NCBI GenBank assembly: GCA_964016885.1
Contig: OZ024741.1
Coordinates: forward strand, 90,830,001-90,894,000
Direction: 5' to 3'
DNA length: 64,000 bases
From: Eledone cirrhosa
Lineage: Eukaryota
Part shown: piece after piece, positions 1 to 13,749 of the stretch
Layout: each line of letters begins with the position of its first letter
Numbering within the stretch: position 1 is the first letter of the stretch
Translations under genes and position numbers: made by a program
The notes under the pieces: generated by a model
What the model saw: only the letters and a program-made list of their open reading frames with translations
What the model was told of the DNA's origin: nothing
Database searches by the model: none

Positions 1-499
1 TACGGCTGTTAGTATACAATTGTGGCTTAGCATTTCAATCTGGTCCACTACATGAGCTAATTATAAACTAAATCGTCTATCTTTGCATTCTAAAAGTTAT
101 TTCAAATTATATTAGAGTACATACGGTCGTGGGATTAAAACCATGTGAGATTTTTATGTTATGAGATACAAAATAATTGAAATGTGTTATAGATAATTCG
201 TAAATGAACACCCATGTCGTTTATATTTTTCTGAGACTTCTTATAATGTCGTGCATTTGAGTTTATTATCCGAAGAATGCTTACTGTACAATAAACAAGA
301 AAACAATTGTTTTACCCGTAACTCCTGATGGAGTTGTACAGGCGCCATATTGACATACAGCGTTTCTTGGGCATTTAATACCTGGTGGAGCCCATCTTTC
401 CCCAGGTCTGAACGATTTCTTCCAGAAAAGGAGAGTGAAAGAGTCAAAATGATAGAGAGGAAGTGAAAAAGGATACAAAAGGAAAAACGACCCCTGTTC

Positions 500-640
500 T
501 AGATTGCTACTTTTTTATCAATCTCGAAAATATGCAAAACAAAGTTGACCTCGGCGGGATTTGAACTCAGAGAATAGAGAGTAGAAACGAATACCGTAAA
601 GCATTCTATCCGACGTTGTAGCGACCCAGCCAATTAGCTA
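500..640 (-). mobile_element. Diverged SINE copy
   Basis: AAAGTTGACCTCGGCGGGATTTGAACTC is the reverse of the B-box region. Confidence 0.7.
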
Positions 641-739
641 TCGCTTTTTAGCGTAGAATATTCAATAAGTGTAATCACGTGTTCATTTAACATTATTTTT
701 TAGAAGTGAAAATCATTTCGTTATAATATCAATAAAAAG

Positions 740-960
740 GGCGGTGGATTGGCTGTATCGGTAGAGGGTCGGACGCCATGCTTTACAGCATAGAGTTACG
801 CCCCATTTACGGTCTGAGTTCAAATCCCACCGAGGTTAACTTTGCCTTTCATCCTTACGGGGTCGATAAAATAAAGTACCAGTCACACACTGGGGTCGAT
901 TTAATCGACTTTTCCCTCCCCCAAAATTGCTGGCCTTGTGCCTAATTAAGAAACCGTTAT
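740..960 (+). mobile_element. tRNA-derived SINE (octopus-type), full length with TSD
   Basis: A box TGGCTGTATCGG and B box GAGTTCAAATCC; body GCCTTTCATCC...GATAAAATAAAGTACCAG; flanking direct repeat CGTTATAATATCAATAAA at 719-736 and 955-972. Confidence 0.88.
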
Positions 961-2586
961 AATATCAATAAATATGGGGTTGGATGAAATCTACAGTGAA
1001 GTTGTGAACTTTCCAAAAAGCAGTAGCAGCCTAAGTAAAGCAAAATCGCTTCAATCAGTTCACAGATTCAGGCTTGCAGAAGTTTATCATTTATTATATT
1101 CCTTAATATTGTCAATGAAAATAAATTCCTTAAAGCAGGAGATAATTTACTAACATAGTCCCTATATTTTCAATTCTTTATGTGTCATTTCATCTCAATT
1201 GCGCCTATTATTGTTCTAAAAAAATGCATTTATTTCACGTCCCGTTTCTCTTGTATACGCTCGAGCTACATAAAAACAAGATTTTCTAAAATCTGTCTTG
1301 AGCCAAGATGCTCATAAGGTGAAGTTTATCCCGCTTTTATGAGGTGTGACTAAGAGACTTCTAATTGGAAAGACGCCAATCCGTCACAAGTATTTATCTT
1401 TCAACAGAGTGAACTGAAGCAACGTGAAATTAAGTGACTTGCTCAAAGACAGTCCGGGTATGAAGTGCACAACCTTACGATTTTCAGCACAAAACCCTAA
1501 CCTCTAAGCCTCATGTCTCTACAATATAAATTTATTCTAACATATTTGTCGGTAAATGGAGTGTGGAGTGAGAGAAACAAGGATCACATTTAGCTACCTT
1601 GTTTTTCGTTGATTTCAATCCCTATGAACATTGCCTTTAAGGGTCAATAAAGAAGTTAATTCGCTCAACTTTTTCTTCCATACAGACATTTGATCTGGAT
1701 ATTAATAGTCTTTGGTAACAAACTCTGATCCAACATGTCTGTACTTCAAATATTTACCAGTGTGATGCTAACTATATACAAGTAAGTTAAGAATGGATGT
1801 ATTCAATGATGTGCCAAAAAATGTCTCAATTATTTTAAATTTTCCTTGAGATGGAGAAATAAATAAAAGAACTATCTGTAATTATTTGCGAGTCTCAAAG
1901 ACGAGGGAGAACATTTAAAGAAATTTACAATTGATTTCTCAAAGTTTGCATGCTAAGTTGAAACTCCGAGTCTTGTTTGCAAGGAATTACGTAGATACAA
2001 GTGTGCCTTGGTCTAATCGGATCTCATTAGCATAAGATAGTCTTCTCATGGTTGTTTTGATCAATCGACAAAAGTTTTTAAACAGAGAAAAGGTGAGTGG
2101 TTACTATGAATGTAAGTTTTTGGGCTTACTAACAGTTGAGGAGATTGTAGTTGTAAGATCAAATCCTTCTGATCCTACTAAAGCATTCATTGTACAGCTT
2201 TATGTCAATTACTTTAATTCAAAATATATTAAGAATAAAATAGGCTAGAAATAATCCTGTTTGTTAAAACCACAAGCCAGCGAATAATTACATTGGTGTA
2301 GGTATAAAACATTAATGTATAATATTTTGTAAGGTGTTGTGAGGGCCCTTTATTATGCACCTTTGAATTTAATTAACTCGGAAAAGACAATAGATCAGTG
2401 GCAATGATATTAGTCTATATATATATTTATGTAGGGGGACTGGAAACAACACCAGAATAGTATTTGCCAGAAATCTTTGTAGAGTCCTGATTCATATGTG
2501 AAAGATATTGCTAATTTGCTTTTGTTCAATGCTCTCTTGGCTCTATACTCGAGTGAGCCACCCAAGACTAGAAGGCATTTCGAAAA

Positions 2587-2713
2587 TCTTCTTCTTCTTC
2601 TTCTTCTTCTTCTTCTTCTTCTTCTTCTTCTTCTTCTTCTTCTTCTTCTTCTTCTTCTTCTTCTTCTTCTTCTTCTTCTTCTTCTTCTTCTTCTTCTTCT
2701 TCTTCTTCTTCTT
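2587..2713. repeat. (CTT)n microsatellite, ~42 units
   Basis: Direct reading. Confidence 0.97.
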
Positions 2714-3572
2714 TCTGAATTTCATCTACTTATTCCAGAGAGGGTCGTGTGAGCAACTGTCTCCAATTGATCCGGCCATATCCCCTAACGAAATCAACTG
2801 AGCTAATGGATGTTATCTAACCATTCTATTCGTGGTCTACCAGCCTGCTGGATTTTTGAAAATGAAATAATAAATCTAACTTCGCTTGTAGAAATGTTTC
2901 TCTCATAAAGCTATAACGAGATGAAGTTCACGGACATTATGTAGATATTTAGATACTGATAGTATACTGACAGTATAATGTAGTTCTGTGAAAGTATAGG
3001 GTAGGGTAGTTCAGCGACAGTATAAGCTAGACAGTGGGTGGAAAGATAAATAAGATCTACTGATCCTATAAGAAGCAGTGAGCCACCGATTCTATAAGAA
3101 GTGGTAAATCCGATCTACTGACGATATGATCTAAAGAACAGTAAATCAATGACAATATGTTGCATTATGACGAAACTATAAAAGTATCAAAATTATGTAA
3201 TTACTTATAAGTAAATACTTAGGAAAACACATCATTTGGCAACAGTTAATAAATCGTCCTTGACTTCATTTGGCAATACCACGAGCATAGATGTGTGTAT
3301 TTTAATACATACACCCACATATATATTTTGTGAAGTATTTGTTCATGCTAAAATTACATTTCTTACATTTCAAAGTTTTACGTATGCACAAGATTTGCAG
3401 GTTTTAAATTCACATGTGTCCTATCTACGCTGCTATTGGTGTTTACAGAGGTGTTTTATTTAATATGTTTTATATAAAGGAAACAGCTTTTCTCTTAGAT
3501 ATGTCGTATTTAATACACGACTGGCTTCTTGTTTTCCTGTTTTATCAAGATTTTTCATATTTGCATGCAACA

Positions 3573-3654
<82 letters not shown>

Positions 3655-3669
3655 TGTGTGTGCGTGTGT

Positions 3670-3712
<43 letters not shown>

Positions 3713-4747
3713 GCCATGTTTATCTAGGTTTTTAGAGTAGATATAGCTTATCCCTCCGTGACGTAAGTAAAAAAATGAACATAAAAACGATGATATATAT
3801 ATATATATATATATGTGTGTGTATGTATGTATGTGTGTGAGAGAGAGAGAGAAAACAAAAACAAAAGTAATTCACTAACCTAACAAAGGGATAAGTGTAA
3901 AACAGCCTGCGAACATTTCCCAATAAATCACATAAATCTTGATGCTCATTACTTAGAGTATGTAATATTTTTTCCCTATTTCGATTATACAATTGGTATT
4001 GATGATTCCCTAGATTACAAAATCATAAATAGATTATCCAGAGCAGCTGCCCTCTTTGATAAATTGTCATTCTGAGACGAGAGGGAATTTACTCTGAAAA
4101 TAAAAATAGCACTGTAATAGTTTATTGGGCATTTTATAGTTTCTAACTCGAACAATTAGAGACCTTTCCATTAACAGTGCTTGCTTATCACTAGTGGGCA
4201 TACATTAATTATGATATTTTAGAAATGTGTTGTATTTCAAGTATTGAAAATTTTCTTATCCAGTTCAGATGGACTGATCATGTGATTCGGATCAGTAAAG
4301 AATGCCTTCACTAAGGCAAGGGTCTCGTATACAACTAAATTTATAAAAGGCCATGAAATTTTGGAAGACCTACAATCACAAGGCTTCTTCAAGATAAAAG
4401 GACAAGTCCATATTTCAAATTCTATTAGAATATATATAGCCGTGGGATTAAGAAAGTGTGGGATTTTTGTGTTATAAGATACTTAAGACTGAATAATTGA
4501 AATGTGTTTATAGAATATTCGTAAAGGGTTATCCATGTCGTTTATACTTTTCCGGGACTTCATATAGTGTCTTACATTTGAGGTTATTCTCCGAGGAATG
4601 GTTACAATTTATATAGACTGATCATGTTCGTATCTGTAAAGAATGTCTACACAAAGATCTCGTATACAACCATATATGAGTATGTGGATGTTTAGGGTAG
4701 TTATATAAACTCTTTCCGAACTATATATGGAACACTTGTGATTATTT

Positions 4748-4790
4748 ATGCCCTTGAGAAGCCCAACTGGGCGAAACGTACGTAGGTGAT
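4748..4790 (+). ncRNA. Minimal type I hammerhead ribozyme-like motif (U3-A8 core variant) in the 5' pLTR
   Basis: CCC-TTGAGAA-GCCC(AACT)GGGC-GAAA-CGTACG-TA-GG: variant core, perfect stem II, palindromic stem III. Confidence 0.65.
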
Positions 4791-5050
4791 ATTTTAAATA
4801 AACATGTTTTAACGGTCTATTCTCCGATTTTTTACTTTCCCACGTGCTTACGCTCTGCTAACTCTCTAGCCCACTAAATATTAACACTTCGAATATTTAA
4901 TACTGCCGGCACTAGTATCGAGCAGCTTTGGCATACGCTACTTGGCAAATAACTATATGTATCACCCATCCCTCCTTTTCTCTCTTTTTCGATACGTAAA
5001 TACTATATTACCGTGCTCCTTTTGTAGAGCATCTCACCTTATTTGCCATT

Positions 5051-7782
5051 ATGTTGGAGAACCAACCGTTACCCATGTCTCTCAAGTGTATCCCCCTACC
5101 CAGCAGAAAAACCTACATTAAACTGCTTATAGACGCTACTAATTCGTTTATACGGAGAGTCAGATGGAAGGCATACCACCTGGATAAGAACACCCGTAAC
5201 CTTCCTGAACCCAAAGAGAAGTATGGTTTCAAAACATACCGAAACCCACCGCACAACACCTTACTGGACTTATTTGAGGAGGACCTGCTGAAAATGATCA
5301 AAAACGTTAAGCTCAGAAAGAAACACCAATGCAGCAATCCATTCTTAACGTCCCTTGATACACTAATAACTAAGATCAAGAATGACCCGCACCTCTTCGT
5401 CACCTCCGACAAAACCAAAAAGCTGTACAAGATGGACGCGAGTGAGTATAAAAAATTCATCTATAAGGAACTACACAAAGACTACAAAAAGACACCCTCT
5501 AGTACCCTAAATGACATAAATAGAGTAGGGAAGGATATAGTCACCAGCTTAGAAATAGAAAAGTACACTAACCCGTACGTCCCTCTGACGCCTAAATTCT
5601 CTCTTAAGGATCACAAATATGACTTTAATGAAAGCCCCTCTATTAGACTAATATGCCCCTCTACATCAGATATAGGTAAGATTAGTAAAGTGATCCTCGA
5701 CAGAGTACTACTCGAGCTTAATAGAAAGGCTAAGGTCTGCCTCTGGGGCAACACCGACCAGGTCATAAATTGGTTCACCGAGTTGCCGGATAAAGCCACC
5801 CTGAAATTCATCCAGTTTGATATAGATAGCTACTACGCCTCTATCTCCCCCATACTCTTAAATAAGGCACTTATCTTAGCTAGATCTAACACTAGCCTCA
5901 CCAAAAAAGAAATAGACATAATTCTAGCGGCACGTAGAACCATTATCCAGTTCGAAGGCTCCCACTGGACCAGAACCAACCGTCCTGATAACTTCGATGT
6001 CTCGATGGGGTCCAGCGACTCAGCGCAAGCAACTGACGTGGTTGGGATATACCTCCTACATAAGCTTAGGGAAGAAATACCGGCCCTACAAGGAGGTGTA
6101 TATAGGGACGACGCCCTGTTTACCGTTAGGAACCATAGCCCCCGTAGGATAGAGAACCTTAACAAACATATACACAGGTTCTTTAAGTCATACGGCCTAT
6201 CCGTAACTATGGACCTCAACCACAGGGTTGTCAACTTCCTGGACGTGACCCTGGAGTTGAGTACGGGCTTATACAAGCCATACCATAAGCCTGGAGAGTG
6301 CCTCTCTTATATTAATTATGCCTCCAACCACCCTAAGCAGACTCTCAACTCCATAGTCTATAGTATCTCACATAGAATCTCGAGGCTATCCGCCAATGAG
6401 GATATCTTCAACCAAGCGGCTGATTACTACAATAGGGCCCTGATAAGCGCCGGCTTTAACCGAGGAATTTCCTACATCCCTAACGCTAGCTCTAGAAACC
6501 ACCCCCCTCATAAAACTAACGTTATAGTAAGCCATACCTATAACCGATCACGCGGCGACCTCGTTAAAGTCGGATATAATAGAATAGATAACCGCACCAA
6601 AGATCACGTCCCCGGCGACGGTGAATACTGTAGATTACTCAAACTATTCCCCTATTACAAAACCAACAAAGGCGACGGCCTACTACCAACGCCTTCCAAC
6701 CAACATCTTCGTGTACATAAACATGGAAGAGGTAGAAAGAGTGCACCCGAGCATAAAGTGAAAGGGGCACCGAACGGGCGACAGCGCATTAACACACATA
6801 AGAGCGATCACTTAGATGGAACCACCCGTAGCAAAAGTACAAGGACACGTAATCGCCACCGTAACGTCCTATGGTTCCACCCCCCTACTCTCGGAGTGTG
6901 GCCTCCAACATACCCCGGATATTCTTCGAAGCCTTAGAGAAGAACTTCCCGCCCAACCATAGGTATAGAAAAATTCTTAATAGGAACAATATAAAAATAT
7001 CCTTCTCTACTACCCCTAACCTAGCAGACATCATAGAAGCAACGAACCACAGTAAGATCACCAAGACACAGCACCTCGACACAGATGCACCTACACCTGA
7101 CAATAACTATATCGGCCTTAACAACTCCCTGGCAGCATCCAATAGTGTTGGCAACGGCATCCGCAGACGCAACCGGAATGACCGCGAAGTGACTGGGGAA
7201 CATGCAGAACATGCCGTGCGGAATAACAATCGCACCATCCCGCGTGCTGTGGGTTGTAATTGTGCTAACGACAGCTGCGGTAGCGTAGGTAACAACGTAG
7301 GCAGCAACAATGATAGCCTTACCGTGGGAAGTAGACGGAACCGCGACAGAAATTGCAACTGCCGCGACAGAGGACGCTGCCCCCTTAGAGGATACTGCTT
7401 GACTGATAGGGTTATATATAGATGCACTATTACTAGCCACAATAGCGTTAAACATTATATAGGGGCCACCTCCGGCCCGTTCAAAATTAGGTTTCGAACA
7501 CATCTCCACTCTTTCACAAATAAAAAACTAAGACACTCCACTTCGCTCGCGGACTACATCACATCACTAAAGGACTCAAACATCAGCTTCCCCACGCACT
7601 GGGAGATTGTCGGCAGGGCTGCACCGTACAACTTCAAGAGGAAATGCGATCTTTGCCTCATGGAGCTCTACCACATCATAACTGCACCCCACGAGCTCAT
7701 CAACAGCAGAGCTGAAACAGCGATAAGTTGTACACATCGCTTAAAAATGTCCTTCTTTAGATGGGTTAAGGACGAAGAGTGA
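5051..7782 (+). pseudogene. PLE RT-endonuclease polyprotein split by one frameshift at a C-run (6880-6885)
   Basis: WFHPP|YSRSV requires one additional C. Otherwise the reading is open from 5051 to 7782. Confidence 0.85.
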
Positions 7783-8073
7783 AATAGTACACTGGATCTC
7801 CCTGCAACAAGTCTTAACACCCCGGCGGGCAGGCGCTGCAAAATAACACCCAGAAAAAAATCCTTGCATACCAGACCCAGCCTCAGACAAACGGATGCGG
7901 CAAGAAAAAAAAAAAAAAATTATCCGGGAAAGACTGCCCTAACACCGGCCAGAGTTACCTCCCTTGACCTGCTGCAAAATCAAAACAAGATATTTTTGCG
8001 AGCAATGAATCTTGATGTAGATTTAACCCCCAAAACTCTTTCCGAACTATATATGGAACACTTGTGATTATTT

Positions 8074-8116
8074 ATGCCCTTGAGAAGCCCAACTGGGCGA
8101 AACGTACGTAGGTGAT
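8074..8116 (+). ncRNA. Second copy of the same hammerhead-like motif in the 3' pLTR
   Basis: Identical to 4748-4790. Confidence 0.65.
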
Positions 8117-8327
8117 ATTTTAAATAAACATGTTTTAACGGTCTATTCTCCGATTTTTTACTTTCCCACGTGCTTACGCTCTGCTAACTCTCTAGCCCAC
8201 TAAATATTAACACTTCGAATATTTAATACTGCCGGCACTAGTATCGAGCAGCTTTGGCATACGCTACTTGGCAAATAACTATATGTATCACCTATCCCTC
8301 CTTTTTCTCTCTTTCTCGATACGTAAA

Positions 8328-8406
<79 letters not shown>

Positions 8407-8413
8407 TATATAC

Positions 8414-8591
8414 AACGAAGGAAGCGTGGTAAGGAACCATGTGGACCATAACGCACCAGAGTACTTAATACTTAGGGTAGTAGAGTGGGTAATAGGAAAA
8501 TGTTCAAGACTCCGACGGCAGAGCTCAAGCCGTTTCGAAGGAGCCGTCGAAACGGCTTGAGCTCTGCTGTCCGGGGTCTTGAACATTTTCC
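8414..8591 (-). mobile_element. Short non-autonomous (TA)n-inserted element with inverted 5' part (family X)
   Basis: Shared with 21794-21850, 25907-25964, 27075-27200, 33535-33668, 48493-48602 and 63001-63159. Confidence 0.85.
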
Positions 8592-8641
8592 TATATATAT
8601 ATACATATATATATATATACATATATATATATACATTTTCC

Positions 8642-8676
<35 letters not shown>

Positions 8677-8710
8677 TTATGATGCAACACTGATTATTTG
8701 TTCATTTATT

Positions 8711-8752
<42 letters not shown>

Positions 8753-8753
<1 letters not shown>

Positions 8754-11700
8754 GCCTCTGGATCCGACGACAATTCCATCAACCATATGAAAAACTATTC
8801 AAATCGAGGAAAAACCCACCGCACAACCCACTCCTAGAGGAGTTTGAAGACATGATTATTACCATGGTCCGGACTATTAAATTCAGAAAACCACCACCAA
8901 ACCCCGACAGAAGTGCATTCCTGTCTGGGCTCGCATCTACTGTAAACAAGGTCAGGAAAAGCTCTGGCATCATCGTACCGGCCGATAAAAGAGGAAACAT
9001 CTATAATTTGGACTACAAAACGTACAAGAAATGCATCACAAATGAAATAGCTAAAATATAAAAAAGATCAACACGGGAAAACCTAGCACACATAAACAAA
9101 CAGGCAAAAACAATAATGAACTGAGCATAGATGACATGACTCAACCCTACAACCCTAGGACACCGATGATATCTATTAAAGACCACAAACCGGAATTTGA
9201 GTCCAAACTACCGGTCAGACTCATAGCTCCCTCTAAATCAAACCTATGTAGACTAAGCAAATCTATCATTGACCGGGTTATACCAGAACTTAGAAATAGG
9301 ACTAAACTCAGCCTCTGGTCATGTACAAAAGAGGTAATCGACTGGTTCTCCGGCATTGAAACCAAGTCGGACGTTCGATTAATCCAAATGGACATTGCGA
9401 ACTACTACGCCTCTATATCTCCAGTCCTCCTTAACAAGGCACTGATCTCAGCCATGAACAGATCAAGCCTCACCAGAACGGAGGTGGACATCATACTAGT
9501 AGCTAGGAAAATTTTACTAGAATTTGACAGTAAATTGTGGGAACGACAGAATAGACTAAATAGCTTTCACATTACAATGGGGTCGACCGACTCCGCACAG
9601 GTTACCGATATAGTAGGCCTAAGCCTCCTAAATATATTAACAGATGAGATCCCCACCATGGGCGGTGGCTTGTACCGTGACGACGCCCTACTCATGGCCC
9701 GTGGACTCAATAATAGCCAATTAGATAGACTACACAAATGACTTAGATATATCTTTAAGACCCAAGGATTAGCGGTAGAAATAGAACCCAACAGTAGGAC
9801 AGTAAACTTCTTAGACGTCACTTTAGAATTAGACACAGGTCTCTACCGCCCATACCATAAACCAAATGAAAACCTCAAATATGTCAACAGACACTCCAAT
9901 CACACCTAGGAGCATAACTGACTCAATAGTTAAAATCGTTTCCTATAGAGTGTCCATCCTGTCGGCAAATAGAACTATCTTCAACCAGCACGCGGAATAC
10001 TATAACACCGCACTTGAAAAGGCTGGTTACATTGAGAAGATATCTTACAATCACCCAACTAGAACCGCAACGCCGGTAAACCTATTCATACCATTAGAAA
10101 CGCACATAGAGGAGGACACCACACCAAGAACAAATACTAACCTTAGACCCTCCTTAGTCGGGAGGACAGGCAGTGTTATACACAACTGCCAACGAGATAA
10201 AGCTGTACTCTCCAACCCCAATAAGGACTCTGAATATCGCACGCGTATACGTAGTAATAGAGATCCGAGACATAACGCCAATAGAATAGTAGGAACCCCT
10301 ATGACAAATACGCCTGACCAAAACGCACCCACGCAACCACCAAACCACAACAGCCACACTAAACACTGTAAAGCGCAAAGTAGACCTGTGACATGGTACA
10401 TGGTACATGGTATTCTATACACGTTGCCATCATTATACCGGGAACCTTCTTCGGAGCTCTGGAACAATCCTTCCCACACACACATAAATACCACAAGCTC
10501 TTCAGTAGACACATTGTTAAATTCTCTTTCTCCACAGCACCAAATCTAGGCGACACGATAGCACACACTAATAGGACAAAAATACGCAAACACATGGTAG
10601 CTCCACAACAAACCACTAACACAACCCAGGACGAAACCACACACACAACACAACACAACAACCCACATGCTAGCTCCACACAGAATACGAACAACCGACA
10701 ACGTGCCATCAAACCTGTATCCCCCAACTTCAACTGCAAAAAGCGGGGAGTGCCTCGTTAAAAACATTATTTACCGGTGCGATGTCACAGCTGGCAGAAA
10801 AGAGTACTCCTATATAGGTGGGACCTCGGCTACGTTTAAGGAGCGCTGGTATAACCACAAAAGCTCCTTTAAACACAGGCTTAAACGATTCCAAACTATA
10901 CAGGCCGACTTGATCTGGGACCTCAAAGACAAGAACATCGAATTCCAGATCATATGGTCGGTTAAAAGACGCGTGGTCCAACTCTCCAACGACAGAAACC
11001 ACTGCAGGTTATGCTTGGCCGAGGCGGCTGAGATCATTAAATTGAAATCTGCCATAAACTGTAGGTCTGACATAATTATAAATTGTAGACACACCAGGTT
11101 GAACACCTTCTCTGCACAAACATTCAGCCGAGGGCCACACACTATCCCTGACTCAACATATTGATAACCACCTTTGTCTTGCCACACCATCTCTCATCTC
11201 AGTACATTTGTCTTATATAACATGTAACCCTTTGTAAGTTCAGATTTTGTAAATATCATGTCACATCCATTACCCCCACCAACAGATACATCGCCATACA
11301 TCCCTCATCCCACTACCATTGTGTTCTGTCTGTCCTCTCTGTCAGGTTTTACCTTGTAAACCATCATGACATCCGATCCTGTAAATATAATGTCGAACAT
11401 ATCAACCCATCGCCACCACCATACACATCACTATACGTCCACCATCACCTCATTCACAACCTTGTTTTCTCCGTGTTCCCTATGTCATTTCTTAATCTGT
11501 AATCCATCGTAAAATTCGATGCTGTAAATGTTTTGTCGCACCCACCACCACCGCCCACTTCAGCCTGCGACCGTCACCACCATCTTATCACCCCCCCCCC
11601 TCCCACATACACTACAGGCAAAAACATCCCTATGAACTAATCCACCAATCAAAACAAACTTTATTGACCAACATATGAACTTCTGACTTTATCATACAGC

Positions 11701-11965
11701 ATGTATTCATTTTCTACTAGCATTACAAGGGATTCGAGGAGCCGCAGATTACAAAGTCGGGTAAGATTGATACAGATCGAACCTTGAGCTGATCAGTGGC
11801 GAAACGCACGTCTCCAACCAATAAATGTAATGAAGGAGTAACCAATTGTCCGTGTTATCTTTTCACTATAATACACTCTGTCTAGCTCTACACCTCGACA
11901 CTGAAGTGAACCTAAACATCGTGTGCTCACCCGGGTGAACTTACAGTAACTCCAAGTTACACTGC

Positions 11966-11968
<3 letters not shown>
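8753..11968 (+). mobile_element. Degenerate Penelope-like element (second Hydra-like family), 5'-truncated, between (TA)n tracts
   Basis: Fragments include [51 protein letters not shown]...SYIG and CRLCLAE. Several frameshifts and stops. Confidence 0.9.
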
Positions 11969-12046
<78 letters not shown>

Positions 12047-12143
12047 ATATATATTATCCTTGTCGAGCCCTCTCCGGATTTTAGTCTTCACATTTATTAT
12101 TATTACTATATCTATCTAGGGCGCGTAAAATTCCCGAGATTAT

Positions 12144-12191
<48 letters not shown>

Positions 12192-12440
12192 GGTGTTGGA
12201 TGCTTAAAGCGTCCGTTTGCGGTAGGTCGTTTGAGCACTTGATGCTCTCATAGAGCAGAGTATGATATCACAGAAAAAAGAGAATCAGTGTTGCGATGAA
12301 TGGAATTTATTGGACATATTACAATCGTTTCTCTGGGGACCAGCTCGAAGCACAATCGATGTGATGATCGAACCTGACTCTGAAAATCGCAAAGTCCTCA
12401 CATACGTCTTGATTCTACGAAACAGATTTTCCTTATGTAT

Positions 12441-12542
<102 letters not shown>

Positions 12543-12629
12543 GTATATATATGTATATATATATATATATATGTGTATATATATATGTATATATATATAT
12601 ATATGTATATATATATGCATATATATATA

Positions 12630-12670
<41 letters not shown>

Positions 12671-12755
12671 CGTATATATATGTGTGTGTGTGTGTATGTA
12701 TGTGTGTGTGTGTGTATTTATGTATATATGTATATATTACCTGAAGAGAGGTATC

Positions 12756-12796
<41 letters not shown>

Positions 12797-13749
12797 TGCG
12801 TGTGTGTGTGTCTGTTTGTACCTGTGTGTAAGCGAGAGAGACAGAGAAAAATAAAAGAGAAAGCACTTAATCAATTTAATGGAACAATTATATTATCCAA
12901 ACCTGGCAGATAATTCCACTGCAATGGCGTTGGTTAGAACAGGCAACGTAAGGTATTTTCTTCAACTCTCTACCGTATCTGCCGACTCTTTTGATATATG
13001 AATATATATGCTTCTTAACAGTGGTAAAATCATATATTATGCATGTTGATGTTAACTTACATAAGGGCCTGAGAGGGCGTATAACACACCCATCTCTCAA
13101 AATATTCACAAATGGGAACAAATACCTTACTTGGTTAAACTGAGGTGAGTCACGTAAATAAATGCATCGTCAGATTTCTTTAATTCTTATGTGGCCATCT
13201 TATGAAACTCAAACATTTACTCATATAAACCCACGCAAGATCGGAATGAATTCATATATAAACTTACTTCCTTTCACGAGTTTCGTGCAATGGACAGTTT
13301 TACCTACATGGCCGACTAAAATCGTTTTATCTTGTAAATATACTAGCGTGAAGAAATCAGAAATATTAAAATGAGCAAACTTGAATGAAAATTTTCGAAA
13401 GATATAAATCTTAGAAAGGATTATATAAGATACGTATTGCTTAATCAGCCACCACAGAATTTGCTTTTCTATATAAAGCAGGTCATTATTATTTCTCGGA
13501 ATGTGATGTTTATCCGTATGGAATACGATTTTTCACAGCTGGGTTGGTGCCCTTTCTCTCATTCATTGAATTCGAAAAGCCATTGTGGTTCCTATTTTGA
13601 CTGTTAAACTTTAACTCACCACTCTTATCGCCGGTACATTGCTTTTAAGTTTGCTAATCGAATGTCTTTATTTTCTACTAATTCTCATCTTGTTACTATT
13701 GTTGTCCTCTCTTGTAAGAAGAGTTTCTACTCTTCGAACATCTGTCTTA

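Larger units (their letters stand above)
99..4600 (+). repeat. Diverged ~185-bp direct repeat pair (99-282 and 4413-4600)
   Basis: Shared TTTCAAATT..ATTAGA...CGTGGGATTAA...AATAATTGAAATGTGTT...CCATGTCGTTTATA...CATTTGAG. Confidence 0.7.
4707..8335 (+). mobile_element. Near-intact Penelope-like element (Hydra-clade-like; RT + C-terminal GIY-YIG) with direct pLTRs
   Basis: ORFs 5051-6937 and 6871-7782 contain FDIDSYY, SMGSSDSA, YRDD, VNFLDVTL, CNCR..CPL.G.C, VIY...YIG and C..C..E..H. Near-identical ~300-bp direct repeats at 4707-5008 and 8033-8335. The 3' end runs into (TA)n. Confidence 0.93.

Noticed and set aside
740-835. tRNA gene
   Set aside because: A and B boxes are present, but the spacing is extended, there is no cloverleaf, and the sequence continues into a SINE body with a TSD.
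2498-2801. Poly-L / poly-F / poly-K ORFs
   Set aside because: Artefacts of the (CTT)n repeat.
6871-6937. Programmed ribosomal frameshift between the RT and EN ORFs
   Set aside because: PLEs encode one ORF and the break falls within a conserved WF.PP(Y/F)S motif at a C homopolymer; an indel or sequencing error is simpler.
9739-9741. In-frame TGA in the PLE 2 RT as selenocysteine (as in Naiad PLEs)
   Set aside because: It aligns to a non-Cys position (His in PLE 1), the element has other frameshifts and stops, and it has the C-terminal-EN layout rather than the Naiad layout; most likely CGA>TGA decay.
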